A stretch of 64,000 nucleotides of DNA from Escherichia phage moskry, in sequence record MN850651.1; one strand, given 5' to 3'. This document shows, piece after piece, positions 7,908 through 16,206 of the stretch; position 1 is the first letter of the stretch; each line of letters starts with the position of its first letter. The notes under the pieces were generated by a model. It did no database searches, was not told the DNA's origin, and saw only the letters and a program-made list of their open reading frames with translations. Made by a program: the position numbers and the translations under genes.

Positions 7908-8269
7908 TATAGACTCTCAGTAAAGGTACGAGCGATAACGTCGCGCTGCTGTTCTGGAGTCAGAGAGTTAAAGCGAACTGCATAACCGGATACACGAATG
8001 GTCAGCTGCGGATATTTTTCCGGATGCTTAACTGCATCTTCCAGAGTTTCACGACGCAGAACATTAACGTTCAGGTGTTGACCACCTTCAATTTTAACTT
8101 TAGGTTGATGTTCAATTTCAATTTCACGGGCATTCAAACCGTAGAAAATTTCCGGGTCTACAATAGCGTCTTCTTTAAAAGTCTTAGAGACAATAATCCG
8201 GGCTTGAGTACCGTCTTCAAAATAAATAGTGCCTTTGTGTGTGCCTTCAAGAATTTGATATGCTTTCAT
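7907..8269 (-). CDS. grcA: Autonomous glycyl-radical cofactor (GrcA/YfiD)-like protein
   Basis: 120 aa; ATG with SD GAGG; C-terminal about 60 aa ([60 protein letters not shown]) matches recalled E. coli GrcA, including the RVSGYAV glycyl-radical motif. Confidence 0.8.
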   Translation of the reverse strand: MKAYQILEGTHKGTIYFEDGTQARIIVSKTFKEDAIVDPEIFYGLNAREIEIEHQPKVKIEGGQHLNVNVLRRETLEDAVKHPEKYPQLTIRVSGYAVRFNSLTPEQQRDVIARTFTESL

Positions 8270-8275
8270 ATAACC

Positions 8276-8584
8276 TCAATTAGAAAATAAATTTATCCAA
8301 GTTTTTTCTTTAATCAAAAATGGGTCGGAATTAAACGCCATTAAACTTTGAGTGATTAATCCCTTAAATGGCCCATCAATAAATTCCATTTTGAAATGTG
8401 GAATACTAGTCATCAACCGTGCATTAGGAGCAGTACAAAGAACCTGCTGCCCTGCGAACGGACCTTTAGTCAAACGATATCGTTTAGGTTTAAAATGGTA
8501 AATCTCGTAATTTTCTACAAGGGCCCTTTTATTGCATACTGGGCTGTTATAACAATACTCAAAAACTTCAATAGTGGTCATCAT
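8276..8584 (-). CDS. Hypothetical protein
   Basis: ORF 8276..8632; ATG pair at codons 17-18 adjoins the stop of the upstream gene; about 102 aa. Confidence 0.4.
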   Translation of the reverse strand: MMTTIEVFEYCYNSPVCNKRALVENYEIYHFKPKRYRLTKGPFAGQQVLCTAPNARLMTSIPHFKMEFIDGPFKGLITQSLMAFNSDPFLIKEKTWINLFSN

Positions 8585-9120
8585 TGCATTCCAATCACAA
8601 AAAATTGAGGACGAGCAATACCGCCGTTGCAATATTTACTTTTGCAACAGTGTTGGACTGTTTTAATATGGATGTCGTAAATCTTATCCATATCAGGAGC
8701 TTTAATAGGCTCGTCAATTATATACAGAATACGAGAAAGCGTTAATCCACGGAATTTATGTCCTTCATTACCAATAAAACTACGGACAGAATCAGTAAAT
8801 AAACGGAATCGAATATCATCGCTAGAATAACGAGAAAATTCTTTTTCAATGTTGCCAGCAGAAATTTTAGCATAAGCTGAAGTATTAGAAAGAACAATAA
8901 CTGTTCCACCATCATACAGCCAATTAGCAGCAAAATTAGTTACTGCGGTCGATTTACCTGATTGTCTGCCGCCGTCTAAACGAAGTGTACAGTACTGCTT
9001 GAGTACGTCTTCGAATGGTGGGATATAACCGTTCTTACAAATTTCTTCTACTCTAGCATCAGAATGGTGTGTAAAAGCATTCATCAGGGATAGATAAGGA
9101 CCAGTTAAAAATGTTCTCAT
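8581..9120 (-). CDS. P-loop NTPase or kinase-like protein
   Basis: 179 aa; ATG start; Walker A LDGGRQSGKST. Confidence 0.5.
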   Translation of the reverse strand: MRTFLTGPYLSLMNAFTHHSDARVEEICKNGYIPPFEDVLKQYCTLRLDGGRQSGKSTAVTNFAANWLYDGGTVIVLSNTSAYAKISAGNIEKEFSRYSSDDIRFRLFTDSVRSFIGNEGHKFRGLTLSRILYIIDEPIKAPDMDKIYDIHIKTVQHCCKSKYCNGGIARPQFFVIGMQ

Positions 9121-9288
9121 TTAGTTTCTCTTAAGGTTGGGGCCATTCCATGGCGCATGAATTGTCCATTTCTGTATTTACCCATTACCGCACTTGGGCA
9201 CGACCTTATTACAGGTTGGAAAAGGTACATCACTCAGAGGACTCGACGTTCATGAGGAGAGGTTGCGTTTCCCTTTATTAGGCAAGAA

Positions 9289-9618
9289 TTATACTCTAGG
9301 CTTTTGAGCTTGTTTGGTATTGGATTCCCATGCGGCTTTGGTAATTTTGTTAGCGGCATAACCAAAGGCATTAGATAGAACACCTTTAGAGTTGAATACA
9401 TCCAATCCAATAAGTACACCGGCTGTGTTAAATTTAGGAGCAAAGTACGCATTAGTTTTAGAAAGAGCTTTTTTCAATTCAGGGTCTTGAACCAAGCTAT
9501 CAAAAACACCTTTACTATTTACTTTATATGTTACTTTGGGATTTTTACCTTCTTCGATAGCAGCTTTCTGTTCCGCAGATAATGTAACTTCAGTGATAAA
9601 CTCCTGATATGTTTTCAT
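9289..9618 (-). CDS. Internal-protein-like (capsid targeting sequence) protein
   Basis: 109 aa; N-terminus MKTYQEFITE matches the recalled T4 internal-protein CTS (MKTYQEFIAE) with an L/I-x-E cleavage context. Confidence 0.6.
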   Translation of the reverse strand: MKTYQEFITEVTLSAEQKAAIEEGKNPKVTYKVNSKGVFDSLVQDPELKKALSKTNAYFAPKFNTAGVLIGLDVFNSKGVLSNAFGYAANKITKAAWESNTKQAQKPRV

Positions 9619-9643
9619 TTTGTTCCTATTGTTTTAATTTATG

Positions 9644-9958
9644 TTATTCTTTAGGGAAGTTTTTAGAGTATGCGTCATAAAGTTTATTACCGATGCGACG
9701 GAAGACTTTAGCTGCAAAACGGTTTTCAGGGTTTTTAATCATGATTTGCATCATGTAAGTTCCTGCATCCGAAAGAGCTTCTTCATAGTACCCATTAATT
9801 TCTTTAAGAGTCCTACGTTTACCACCAGGACCATCAACAGTAATTTTCCATTTACCTGTAGAAGTGCGGCTCGGTGGCTCAACTTGTTCAATCCAAATAT
9901 AACCACCTTCAACGCGTTGGTTGGCGGATTCTGCAATAAATTCTTTATACGTTTTCAT
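9644..9958 (-). CDS. Internal-protein-like (CTS) protein
   Basis: 104 aa; N-terminus MKTYKEFIAE; basic body. Confidence 0.6.
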   Translation of the reverse strand: MKTYKEFIAESANQRVEGGYIWIEQVEPPSRTSTGKWKITVDGPGGKRRTLKEINGYYEEALSDAGTYMMQIMIKNPENRFAAKVFRRIGNKLYDAYSKNFPKE

Positions 9959-9979
9959 TTTTGTTTCCTTGTTTGTTTT

Positions 9980-10019
9980 GATAGAGTAATTATACCATAT
10001 TAATACTTAAGCGTAAACA
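9980..10019 (-). promoter_or_regulatory. Early promoter cassette (PeSL-like)
   Basis: Minus reading: GTTTAC, about 18 nt, TATAAT; directly 5' of the CTS gene starting at 9958. Confidence 0.5.
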
Positions 10020-10021
10020 AT

Positions 10022-10282
10022 TTAAGCTTTACCGCCAGAAATAATTCCGAAGTTGTTAAAATCATATCCAATATCGTCAACATCTACTTTAGGACTTGCT
10101 ACAACATAAGCAATTTCACTACGTTTTGCATAGGTGTTGATTTCTTTACCATCGCCACCTAAGAAAGAATACCCATTACGTTTTAATGAGCCAAAGTCTT
10201 CCGCATCACCAATGAAAGCTTTAACTTTAAATTTAGGGTCTTTGGCATCTGCTTCATTGATAAATTCTTGATACATTTTCAT
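10022..10282 (-). CDS. Internal-protein-like (CTS) protein
   Basis: 86 aa; N-terminus MKMYQEFINE. Confidence 0.6.
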   Translation of the reverse strand: MKMYQEFINEADAKDPKFKVKAFIGDAEDFGSLKRNGYSFLGGDGKEINTYAKRSEIAYVVASPKVDVDDIGYDFNNFGIISGGKA

Positions 10283-10288
10283 TTTTCC

Positions 10289-10702
10289 TTAGTAAATTGA
10301 TTTACCATAGTATTTGTACCAAGTCGGACGTTGAGCAATTTTTTCATCTAAGCGTGCTTGACTTATCGCAATGGACGCTTCGGACGGGACATAATTATTA
10401 CGAAATTCGGCAGGGATGTCGGAAATATCCTGGACTGTCGTGTCCTTGATTTTGAAACCACGTTTCAAGCATTCAGCGATTAGCTCGATTTGTCGTAAAC
10501 GTAAAAATTCGAGTTTGTCGTAAAAGAATGTTACGTGACCTGTGCCTAAGATAAATGTTGGAGAGATTTTAAAATCCTTTACACGTTTACCGTTTTGAAC
10601 ATGTTTACGGACTGCACCAAATACGCGTGGTAATTCACGATACTCAGCCATAAGATGTTGGTCGGCCAGTTCAGAAACAAGTGTTAAATTGATACGGGTC
10701 AT
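10289..10702 (-). CDS. denV: Endonuclease V (pyrimidine-dimer DNA glycosylase)
   Basis: ATG at codon 5 of the ORF track; 137 aa; near-identical to recalled T4 DenV ([35 protein letters not shown]...). Confidence 0.9.
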   Translation of the reverse strand: MTRINLTLVSELADQHLMAEYRELPRVFGAVRKHVQNGKRVKDFKISPTFILGTGHVTFFYDKLEFLRLRQIELIAECLKRGFKIKDTTVQDISDIPAEFRNNYVPSEASIAISQARLDEKIAQRPTWYKYYGKSIY

Positions 10703-10707
10703 AATTT

Positions 10708-10760
10708 CCTCCAAGTAGTTGATGAATGTATAGTATCAAAACCCTTGGAGGAAGTAAACA
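10708..10760 (-). promoter_or_regulatory. PeSL-like cassette with SD-containing stem (upstream of denV)
   Basis: Minus reading: GTTTAC, TACTAT-like -10; arms CCTCCAAG/CTTGGAGG, the latter being the denV SD. Confidence 0.5.
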
Positions 10761-11042
10761 CTATTTTTCTGAAGCGCCTGAAATATATTTTTCAAGACGT
10801 TGTTTCATTAGCGAGCCGTTCTTAGCGATTTCTTCCGGTTTATCGCACATACGTAACAAGGCTTCAAGCTTAGCGATATCGCTAGTACGTTCAAATTTGC
10901 GAGTATCTATCTTACTAGCAAGTTCAGAAATACGTGCTAGTAGACTTTCGGCTTCAACCAAAGCTGCACCTAGCTTAGTTGCAAATGTGTCAGTAGCTTC
11001 GTTAAGAATAGATTCTGATAAAAATTCACTATATGTTTTCAT
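10761..11042 (-). CDS. Internal-protein-like (CTS) protein
   Basis: ATG at codon 6 ([10 protein letters not shown]); 93 aa; 4-nt overlap with the 3' end of gene e. Confidence 0.55.
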   Translation of the reverse strand: MKTYSEFLSESILNEATDTFATKLGAALVEAESLLARISELASKIDTRKFERTSDIAKLEALLRMCDKPEEIAKNGSLMKQRLEKYISGASEK

Positions 11043-11527
11043 ATATACGCTTTCCAAGTTCCTGTTTTAAATGTTGAGATTACACGTTTCGCGCGATTAG
11101 GTGTCTGACGATACCATTTAGATTGGGCTAGATTTACTGCCGCTTCATCCCAACGTTTCTGATGAAGCATACGAAGAGAATTAGTAAAACCGGCGACGCC
11201 TGCTACACCCATTTGGAAGACCATATTGACCAATGCACAACGACGAACCGCATCTAAAGAATCATATACCGGTTTAAGTTTAGCATTACCCAAGATTCCG
11301 CGAACGGCTTTATCAACGTCTTCATTAAATAGCTTTTCAGCCTCATCAAGGGTAATTGTACCGTTGCATTTACGTCCGATCATTCTGTCAAGTTCAGCTT
11401 TAGCTACGGCTAAAGACGGGTTCTTTGTTACTAAATGGCCTATGCCAATCGTCCAAAAGCCTTCGGTGTCTTTGTATAAAGTCAGTCTAAGACCTTCGTC
11501 ATTACGAAGCATTTCAAATATATTCAT
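11039..11527 (-). CDS. e: Endolysin (T4 lysozyme)
   Basis: ATG at codon 5 (MNIFEMLR); 162 aa; about 80 percent identical to recalled T4 lysozyme, including DEGLRL.YKDTEG..TIGIGHL and catalytic Glu11/Asp20. Confidence 0.95.
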   Translation of the reverse strand: MNIFEMLRNDEGLRLTLYKDTEGFWTIGIGHLVTKNPSLAVAKAELDRMIGRKCNGTITLDEAEKLFNEDVDKAVRGILGNAKLKPVYDSLDAVRRCALVNMVFQMGVAGVAGFTNSLRMLHQKRWDEAAVNLAQSKWYRQTPNRAKRVISTFKTGTWKAYI

Positions 11528-11528
11528 A

Positions 11529-11554
11529 ATACCTCCCACGTTTATAGGAGGTAT
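11529..11554 (-). promoter_or_regulatory. RBS-sequestering hairpin upstream of e
   Basis: Arms ATACCTCC/GGAGGTAT; on the mRNA the 3' arm is the e SD; loop contains TATAAAC, close to a late-promoter core. Confidence 0.5.
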
Positions 11555-11561
11555 TTATTAC

Positions 11562-12020
11562 TTATAGGAGGGTGGTGATCACCTTATATAATGATTTGCC
11601 CATTACATATTCCCATTGAGAAGGTTTAATTAAAGCGAATGCATCAAATTCAGGAATCTGTCGTCCGTCTGGGAATGTATGATAGGAATTACAAACACTG
11701 TTTCTGAATTGCTCGTGCTCTACAGGGATGGTATATAGGAACAGATGAATATTCTTATTGTCTGAGTAATGATGTTCGCCTAGGTCTTTCAGGAAGGCAG
11801 GGTCATATTGTGTAAACCCAGTTTCTTCTTCGCATTCACGAATAGCGGCTTCGATAGGAGATTCGCCAGGTTCGACACGGCCTTTAGGAATATCCCACCG
11901 ATGAGCTAATGCACCTTTAGGACGAGAACCAGTTACACGCCCCATGAATAATTCTTTATCTTCGGTAAGGAAAATAATACCGGCTGATAGTTCTTTCACT
12001 TTATTTTTCTTACTCATCAT
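11562..12020 (-). CDS. nudE: Nudix hydrolase
   Basis: 152 aa; Nudix box GRVEPGESPIEAAIRECEEETG; position just upstream of e as in T4. Confidence 0.8.
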   Translation of the reverse strand: MMSKKNKVKELSAGIIFLTEDKELFMGRVTGSRPKGALAHRWDIPKGRVEPGESPIEAAIRECEEETGFTQYDPAFLKDLGEHHYSDNKNIHLFLYTIPVEHEQFRNSVCNSYHTFPDGRQIPEFDAFALIKPSQWEYVMGKSLYKVITTLL

Positions 12021-12261
12021 CTCGGTCCCATGATTTGGCCATTAATTCGGACATAAATTCTTCAATGCGCGTTTCTTTAGATGGACTTTCACTATTAGAG
12101 ACCGCAAGTTTGTAATCTGCAATAGGACAGAACATATCAAGGTCCATATTAAGGTCGTCTTTGATTTTTTCTTCTGACACATCTTTATCATATGTGTACA
12201 GATAACTATCACATGATTCTGATTTAATGTAAATTGCTATACTCATCTCAAATTCCTGCAT
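12010..12261 (-). CDS. Small acidic protein
   Basis: 83 aa; ATG start; highly acidic. Confidence 0.4.
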   Translation of the reverse strand: MQEFEMSIAIYIKSESCDSYLYTYDKDVSEEKIKDDLNMDLDMFCPIADYKLAVSNSESPSKETRIEEFMSELMAKSWDRDDE

Positions 12262-12734
12262 TCGGTAATAAAACGTTCAACTTCATTATTCTTGGCCTTT
12301 ATCCTGTCTTTACGTTCCTGTAAACTACTTTTAACAAGATTAATAATGATGCCTACAGTACCTCCACCAATTATACCGCCAATTATACTTACGATAGCAG
12401 ATGCTAATAAGATAGCAATAATATCAACAAAACCGAAAGAACTCACCTTAGTACTAAAAAACCACACTGACGGTACAAATATAATCCATCCTGTTATCCA
12501 TTGGCACTTATTGAAAAACTTTTCAAGCTCAGCTTGAGTTGTTCGTATTACTTCATCGATAGGTTGATATCCATTAATGTATCTGTTCACAATAATACCT
12601 GCTGGCTGGTCGATTTTAAATTCTTGGCAAATACGTTTCACTAAGTAGGATGGACATCCTGTCCAATCCACTGAATAGTACGAAATACCTTCATTGCCGT
12701 CGTCAATATTAGACCAATATAGTTTGTTAATCAT
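12243..12734 (-). CDS. Membrane protein with glycine-zipper segment
   Basis: 163 aa; ATG start; C-terminal IIAILLASAIVSIIGGIIGGGTVGIII transmembrane glycine zipper. Confidence 0.45.
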   Translation of the reverse strand: MINKLYWSNIDDGNEGISYYSVDWTGCPSYLVKRICQEFKIDQPAGIIVNRYINGYQPIDEVIRTTQAELEKFFNKCQWITGWIIFVPSVWFFSTKVSSFGFVDIIAILLASAIVSIIGGIIGGGTVGIIINLVKSSLQERKDRIKAKNNEVERFITECRNLR

Positions 12735-13420
12735 TACCAGCCTTCCATAGGGAATTCTAGATAAACTTGAGCGTTGACACGAATTTCATTGGTAATCTTT
12801 TTAACTCGGTCTGTATTACGAGATACACGTCCGAACCAACGCCATCCATTACTAATTGCACGAGAACCAGTGTGCCATGTTTGCCAATCAAACTGAAGAA
12901 GAGTACGGTCCGGAGCTTCCCATTTCTCTAGTTCACCTTTTTCAATTTTTTCGAGGACTTCTTTGTGCCACTGACGATAGATAAGTTCGCCATCAGGAAT
13001 CTGACTGAACTCTGCAGTTCCTGTTGCAAAATGAGTAGGACACACATCAGCGTTAACAAGACCAAGAATGTGTTCAGACAAATAGCGAGGATTGTCATAG
13101 TCAGGTTGTCCTGCAGTAATAAAGTGTTGACCAACCGGAATATCCGGGCGTGGTACATCGTCATGGTGATAACCTGGGATAGCAGGGTACCAACCGGGCA
13201 TCAGCATGTGGACTCGTGAATCAAATACAACCTGGTCGGTGTTCCAATCATCTGGCAAGTTCATGATGAAGCTGCGAGTAATAGGACCGCCGTTATTATA
13301 AGCAAATTCTAAACTACAGTTGAAGAACATAGGCTCGTTTTTAATCTGGTCGTTTTTAATCGCATGAGCAAAACCACCTACTGCACGAGCTTGACTATTA
13401 AACACTTTAGAACTATTCAT
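12734..13420 (-). CDS. Hypothetical protein (His/Asp-rich, possible metal-dependent enzyme)
   Basis: 228 aa; ATG start; YHHDDVP and THFATG motifs; no confident family. Confidence 0.45.
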   Translation of the reverse strand: MNSSKVFNSQARAVGGFAHAIKNDQIKNEPMFFNCSLEFAYNNGGPITRSFIMNLPDDWNTDQVVFDSRVHMLMPGWYPAIPGYHHDDVPRPDIPVGQHFITAGQPDYDNPRYLSEHILGLVNADVCPTHFATGTAEFSQIPDGELIYRQWHKEVLEKIEKGELEKWEAPDRTLLQFDWQTWHTGSRAISNGWRWFGRVSRNTDRVKKITNEIRVNAQVYLEFPMEGW

Positions 13421-13421
13421 A

Positions 13422-13727
13422 TTATTTTCCTCGACATTCTTTAATGAAATTTTCTAGATTGGTAGATTCAATAGCTTTTTTACGAGCTTCTGCGTGTTCT
13501 TCTTCGGACAATTTACGTTTATAATTGACCCAGACATTATGGTCGAAACCAGACGTGGCATATAATAACAAAGCTCCAACGAATAGCAAAAATGGTGATA
13601 AAAATATACAACCAGGAACACCATCCATACTGTAAGCCTTTTGTAATACTGCAACAGAAAGAGTTGCGTAAAAAGGTGATGCAAGTATTGTTAAAAGACC
13701 AATTCGGTTGGTTTCGCCTAATTTCAT
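13422..13727 (-). CDS. Membrane protein, hypothetical
   Basis: 101 aa; ATG with SD GAGGAG; two hydrophobic helices. Confidence 0.45.
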   Translation of the reverse strand: MKLGETNRIGLLTILASPFYATLSVAVLQKAYSMDGVPGCIFLSPFLLFVGALLLYATSGFDHNVWVNYKRKLSEEEHAEARKKAIESTNLENFIKECRGK

Positions 13728-13746
13728 AATATTCTCCTCATGTTTT

Positions 13747-13786
13747 AATAGGACTACTATAACATAGCCCTATCAGTTTGTACACT
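13747..13786 (-). promoter_or_regulatory. PeSL-like early promoter cassette
   Basis: Minus reading: GTGTACA, 17 nt, TATAGT; imperfect inverted repeat TAGGGCTA/TAGTCCTA. Confidence 0.5.
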
Positions 13787-13986
13787 TATTTTGACATTTC
13801 TTCGATGTCACGACGATACCCATCACGAACTTCACGAAGAGCTTCAAGGCCACACATAGGCTCGATACCAGTAATGTGAACTTGATTAATCTGATACTCT
13901 ACATCTTCTAACTGAGCGAAAACATAACGACGTTCTGCTGCACAACCAGGTTTAGCTTTACCGAAACGTTTATTCAAAGTAGTCAT
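13786..13986 (-). CDS. Hypothetical small protein
   Basis: ORF track begins at GTG 14004; ATG at codon 7 (13986) follows SD GGAG; 66 aa. Confidence 0.4.
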   Translation of the reverse strand: MTTLNKRFGKAKPGCAAERRYVFAQLEDVEYQINQVHITGIEPMCGLEALREVRDGYRRDIEEMSK

Positions 13987-14015
13987 TTTTATATCTCCAT
14001 TCACTCATTTGTTTT

Positions 14016-14055
14016 GATAGGTCTATAGTATCAACAACTACAGACCTTGTAAACT
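14016..14055 (-). promoter_or_regulatory. PeSL-like early promoter cassette
   Basis: Minus reading: GTTTACA, 17 nt, TACTAT; inverted repeat GGTCTGTAG/CTATAGACC; leader CAAAACAAATGAGTGAATGGAGATATAAAAATG. Confidence 0.5.
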
Positions 14056-14066
14056 GTTTTGTGAAA

Positions 14067-15023
14067 TTATTTGAAAGGTTTTACCATATGAAAGTTTTGT
14101 TTGAAACGCTTGACGTAATCGTCGTGTCCTAAGCTTTGGTACATACTTACTACTTTGCTATAATTTTCCCAAGCGAACTCACGGAACCATCCTGATGTGA
14201 TTGATGTACAGACCTTTTCAAGGGCCATCATAAAACTATCACGTGGATGGATTTTAAAGTCATTAGGAATCTGAGAACGTTCTAATGCTAGTACACATGA
14301 TTCTTCATATACACCGGCCAATTTGACCATTTCTGGTAATGATTCGAACTTCTCGCGTGAGGTCATGACTTCAGAACCATCTTTCATGTAAAATGTATAC
14401 GCTGGACGGTCTGTTAGTGCAATGGCTTCGTGAATAGTATCATGGTCATATGTATAGATGTCATCTTTAAAGAACGCACTTTTAGAAGTGTCAAGAACAG
14501 GGTGAGCATAGTTCAAAGTTTCTTTTTGGCGTTTCAGCATAATTTCAGTAAGTTCATCGTTCAGTGTAACACCTTTACCACGAAGATACTGAATATGGTT
14601 CATAGTCTTTAAAAAGAATGGATTATTTTTCTTGAAACGATGAGACATCTTAATTGCAAGACATATCTCAGGAGTTGCCCAGTAAAACCCGTTCAAACGG
14701 TCTTTAGACAAATTTTTCTCAGCGTATTTTAAAAGGTCATAAGAAGACGTGAAATCTTCAGGAGTGAGTTCACCGACTAATTCACGGACATTAGTGATTG
14801 CCGGAACAATATATGCTTCAAAATGAGTTTCGCGTCCATTATGGAAGCATTTGAAAACTTGGACATCAGGGTTATCTTGGTGAACATATACACCCATCAT
14901 TTGATTTTTGAATGCATTCCAAGAACCTTGGTCCGCAATAAAGTCCCAATCACTATTTTTAATAGCGCTAGAATCAATAAGACCGTGATAGTGAAGTGCA
15001 CGAGAACCAATAACTAACATCAT
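14067..15023 (-). CDS. Possible second nucleotidyltransferase-fold protein
   Basis: 318 aa; ATG ATG start with SD GAGGA; N-terminal IGSRALHYHGLIDSSAIKNSDWDF loosely fits GS..DxD. Confidence 0.4.
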   Translation of the reverse strand: MMLVIGSRALHYHGLIDSSAIKNSDWDFIADQGSWNAFKNQMMGVYVHQDNPDVQVFKCFHNGRETHFEAYIVPAITNVRELVGELTPEDFTSSYDLLKYAEKNLSKDRLNGFYWATPEICLAIKMSHRFKKNNPFFLKTMNHIQYLRGKGVTLNDELTEIMLKRQKETLNYAHPVLDTSKSAFFKDDIYTYDHDTIHEAIALTDRPAYTFYMKDGSEVMTSREKFESLPEMVKLAGVYEESCVLALERSQIPNDFKIHPRDSFMMALEKVCTSITSGWFREFAWENYSKVVSMYQSLGHDDYVKRFKQNFHMVKPFK

Positions 15024-15051
15024 AATATTTTCCTCGGATTAATTCATTAAC

Positions 15052-15303
15052 TTAAATTTCACGACATGCGATATTATATTCATCCCAGAGGTCATCATGT
15101 GAAGCCTCTACCAATGGAACGATTGTACCGTTTATGTCTTCATTATAAGGGCAAATTGTACAGTGCGCATCTTCGAATCGGATGCCTTTGTGTTCAGATT
15201 TTTTATAACGCATATCGAATATCTTTGCAAACTTTTCACGAGTAATGGTTTTACCAACTACTTCGGTTCCGATACTTTCGTAATAAATCATTGTGGACTC
15301 CAT
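15052..15303 (-). CDS. Hypothetical small protein
   Basis: 83 aa; ATG at 15303 is embedded in the cassette leader; alternative ATG at 15291 (codon 5) has SD GGAG. Confidence 0.4.
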   Translation of the reverse strand: MESTMIYYESIGTEVVGKTITREKFAKIFDMRYKKSEHKGIRFEDAHCTICPYNEDINGTIVPLVEASHDDLWDEYNIACREI

Positions 15304-15310
15304 TTAATTT

Positions 15311-15350
15311 GATAGGACTACTATAACATAGCCCTATCTTGTTGTAAACT
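15311..15350 (-). promoter_or_regulatory. PeSL-like early promoter cassette
   Basis: Minus reading: GTTTACA, 17 nt, TATAGT; inverted repeat around -10. Confidence 0.5.
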
Positions 15351-15353
15351 GTT

Positions 15354-15551
15354 TTAGCAAGAATAACTAGATGATACCCAGCCTTGAACAGTGATACTAT
15401 TGTTGGATAATGAGATCGCGTCCTGGAGATTCAGACCTGCGTTATCTTCAATCCACAATGTAACTTCTTCGCGTTCTTCTGTTGCAATTTGGAACAGGTT
15501 TTCCAGAGCAGCTACTGCCGTACGTACAGCACAATCTAATTCACGAGACAT
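15354..15551 (-). CDS. Small protein, member C of a tandem paralog triplet
   Basis: 65 aa; C-terminus QGWVSSSYSC shared with the two upstream ORFs. Confidence 0.45.
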   Translation of the reverse strand: MSRELDCAVRTAVAALENLFQIATEEREEVTLWIEDNAGLNLQDAISLSNNSITVQGWVSSSYSC

Positions 15552-15560
15552 ATGATTTCC

Positions 15561-15833
15561 TTAACAAGTGTGAGAAGATGCAACCCAACCGCCATCTTCA
15601 AGGCTCAAGTTGTAGTCGTATTGGTAAACGTCAGCCCATTCAGCATAGCCGTTTTTTGTACAACGTTCAAGATCGGCTTTAAGATGTCCGGGTGAATGAT
15701 AGGTTCCACCCATACCATAAGCTGGATACAAGTCGAATGTTGTGTTTTGTTTATCAGCAATTTCTTTGGCAGCCTCAATAGCTGCATAGATTTTTGCTAC
15801 GGCTTCAGCCAGTTCGGTTTGTTCTTTAGACAT
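15561..15833 (-). CDS. Small protein, member B of a tandem paralog triplet
   Basis: 90 aa; C-terminus GGWVASSHTC. Confidence 0.45.
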   Translation of the reverse strand: MSKEQTELAEAVAKIYAAIEAAKEIADKQNTTFDLYPAYGMGGTYHSPGHLKADLERCTKNGYAEWADVYQYDYNLSLEDGGWVASSHTC

Positions 15834-15842
15834 AATGATTCC

Positions 15843-16148
15843 TTAGCACAACGCAGAAGACGAAACCCAAGCACCTTCAGTAATAACGTAACCATTACCT
15901 TCACGCTTAACATCGCCACCATTATTTTCAATTTCATCTTTCATCCACTGGGATACGATTTCACCCTTAGGATAATAAGTACGACCGCTACCATAATCAC
16001 CTACAGAAAATGATACGGCATATTGGTCTGCGATCTTTGTTGCTTCTTCTTCGATACGTTCAGCTTGATTCAGAAGTTTATAAATTGCATCTGAAGCGGA
16101 TTTGGCATCATTAAACTCTGGTACTTTAATTTCAATAATCTTACTCAT
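15843..16148 (-). CDS. Small protein, member A of a tandem paralog triplet
   Basis: 101 aa; ATG start; C-terminus GAWVSSSALC. Confidence 0.45.
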   Translation of the reverse strand: MSKIIEIKVPEFNDAKSASDAIYKLLNQAERIEEEATKIADQYAVSFSVGDYGSGRTYYPKGEIVSQWMKDEIENNGGDVKREGNGYVITEGAWVSSSALC

Positions 16149-16206
16149 TTTCTACATTCCTTAATAAAGTTTTCGATTGTTTCATTTTCACGTCTAGCTA
16201 GGAGTT

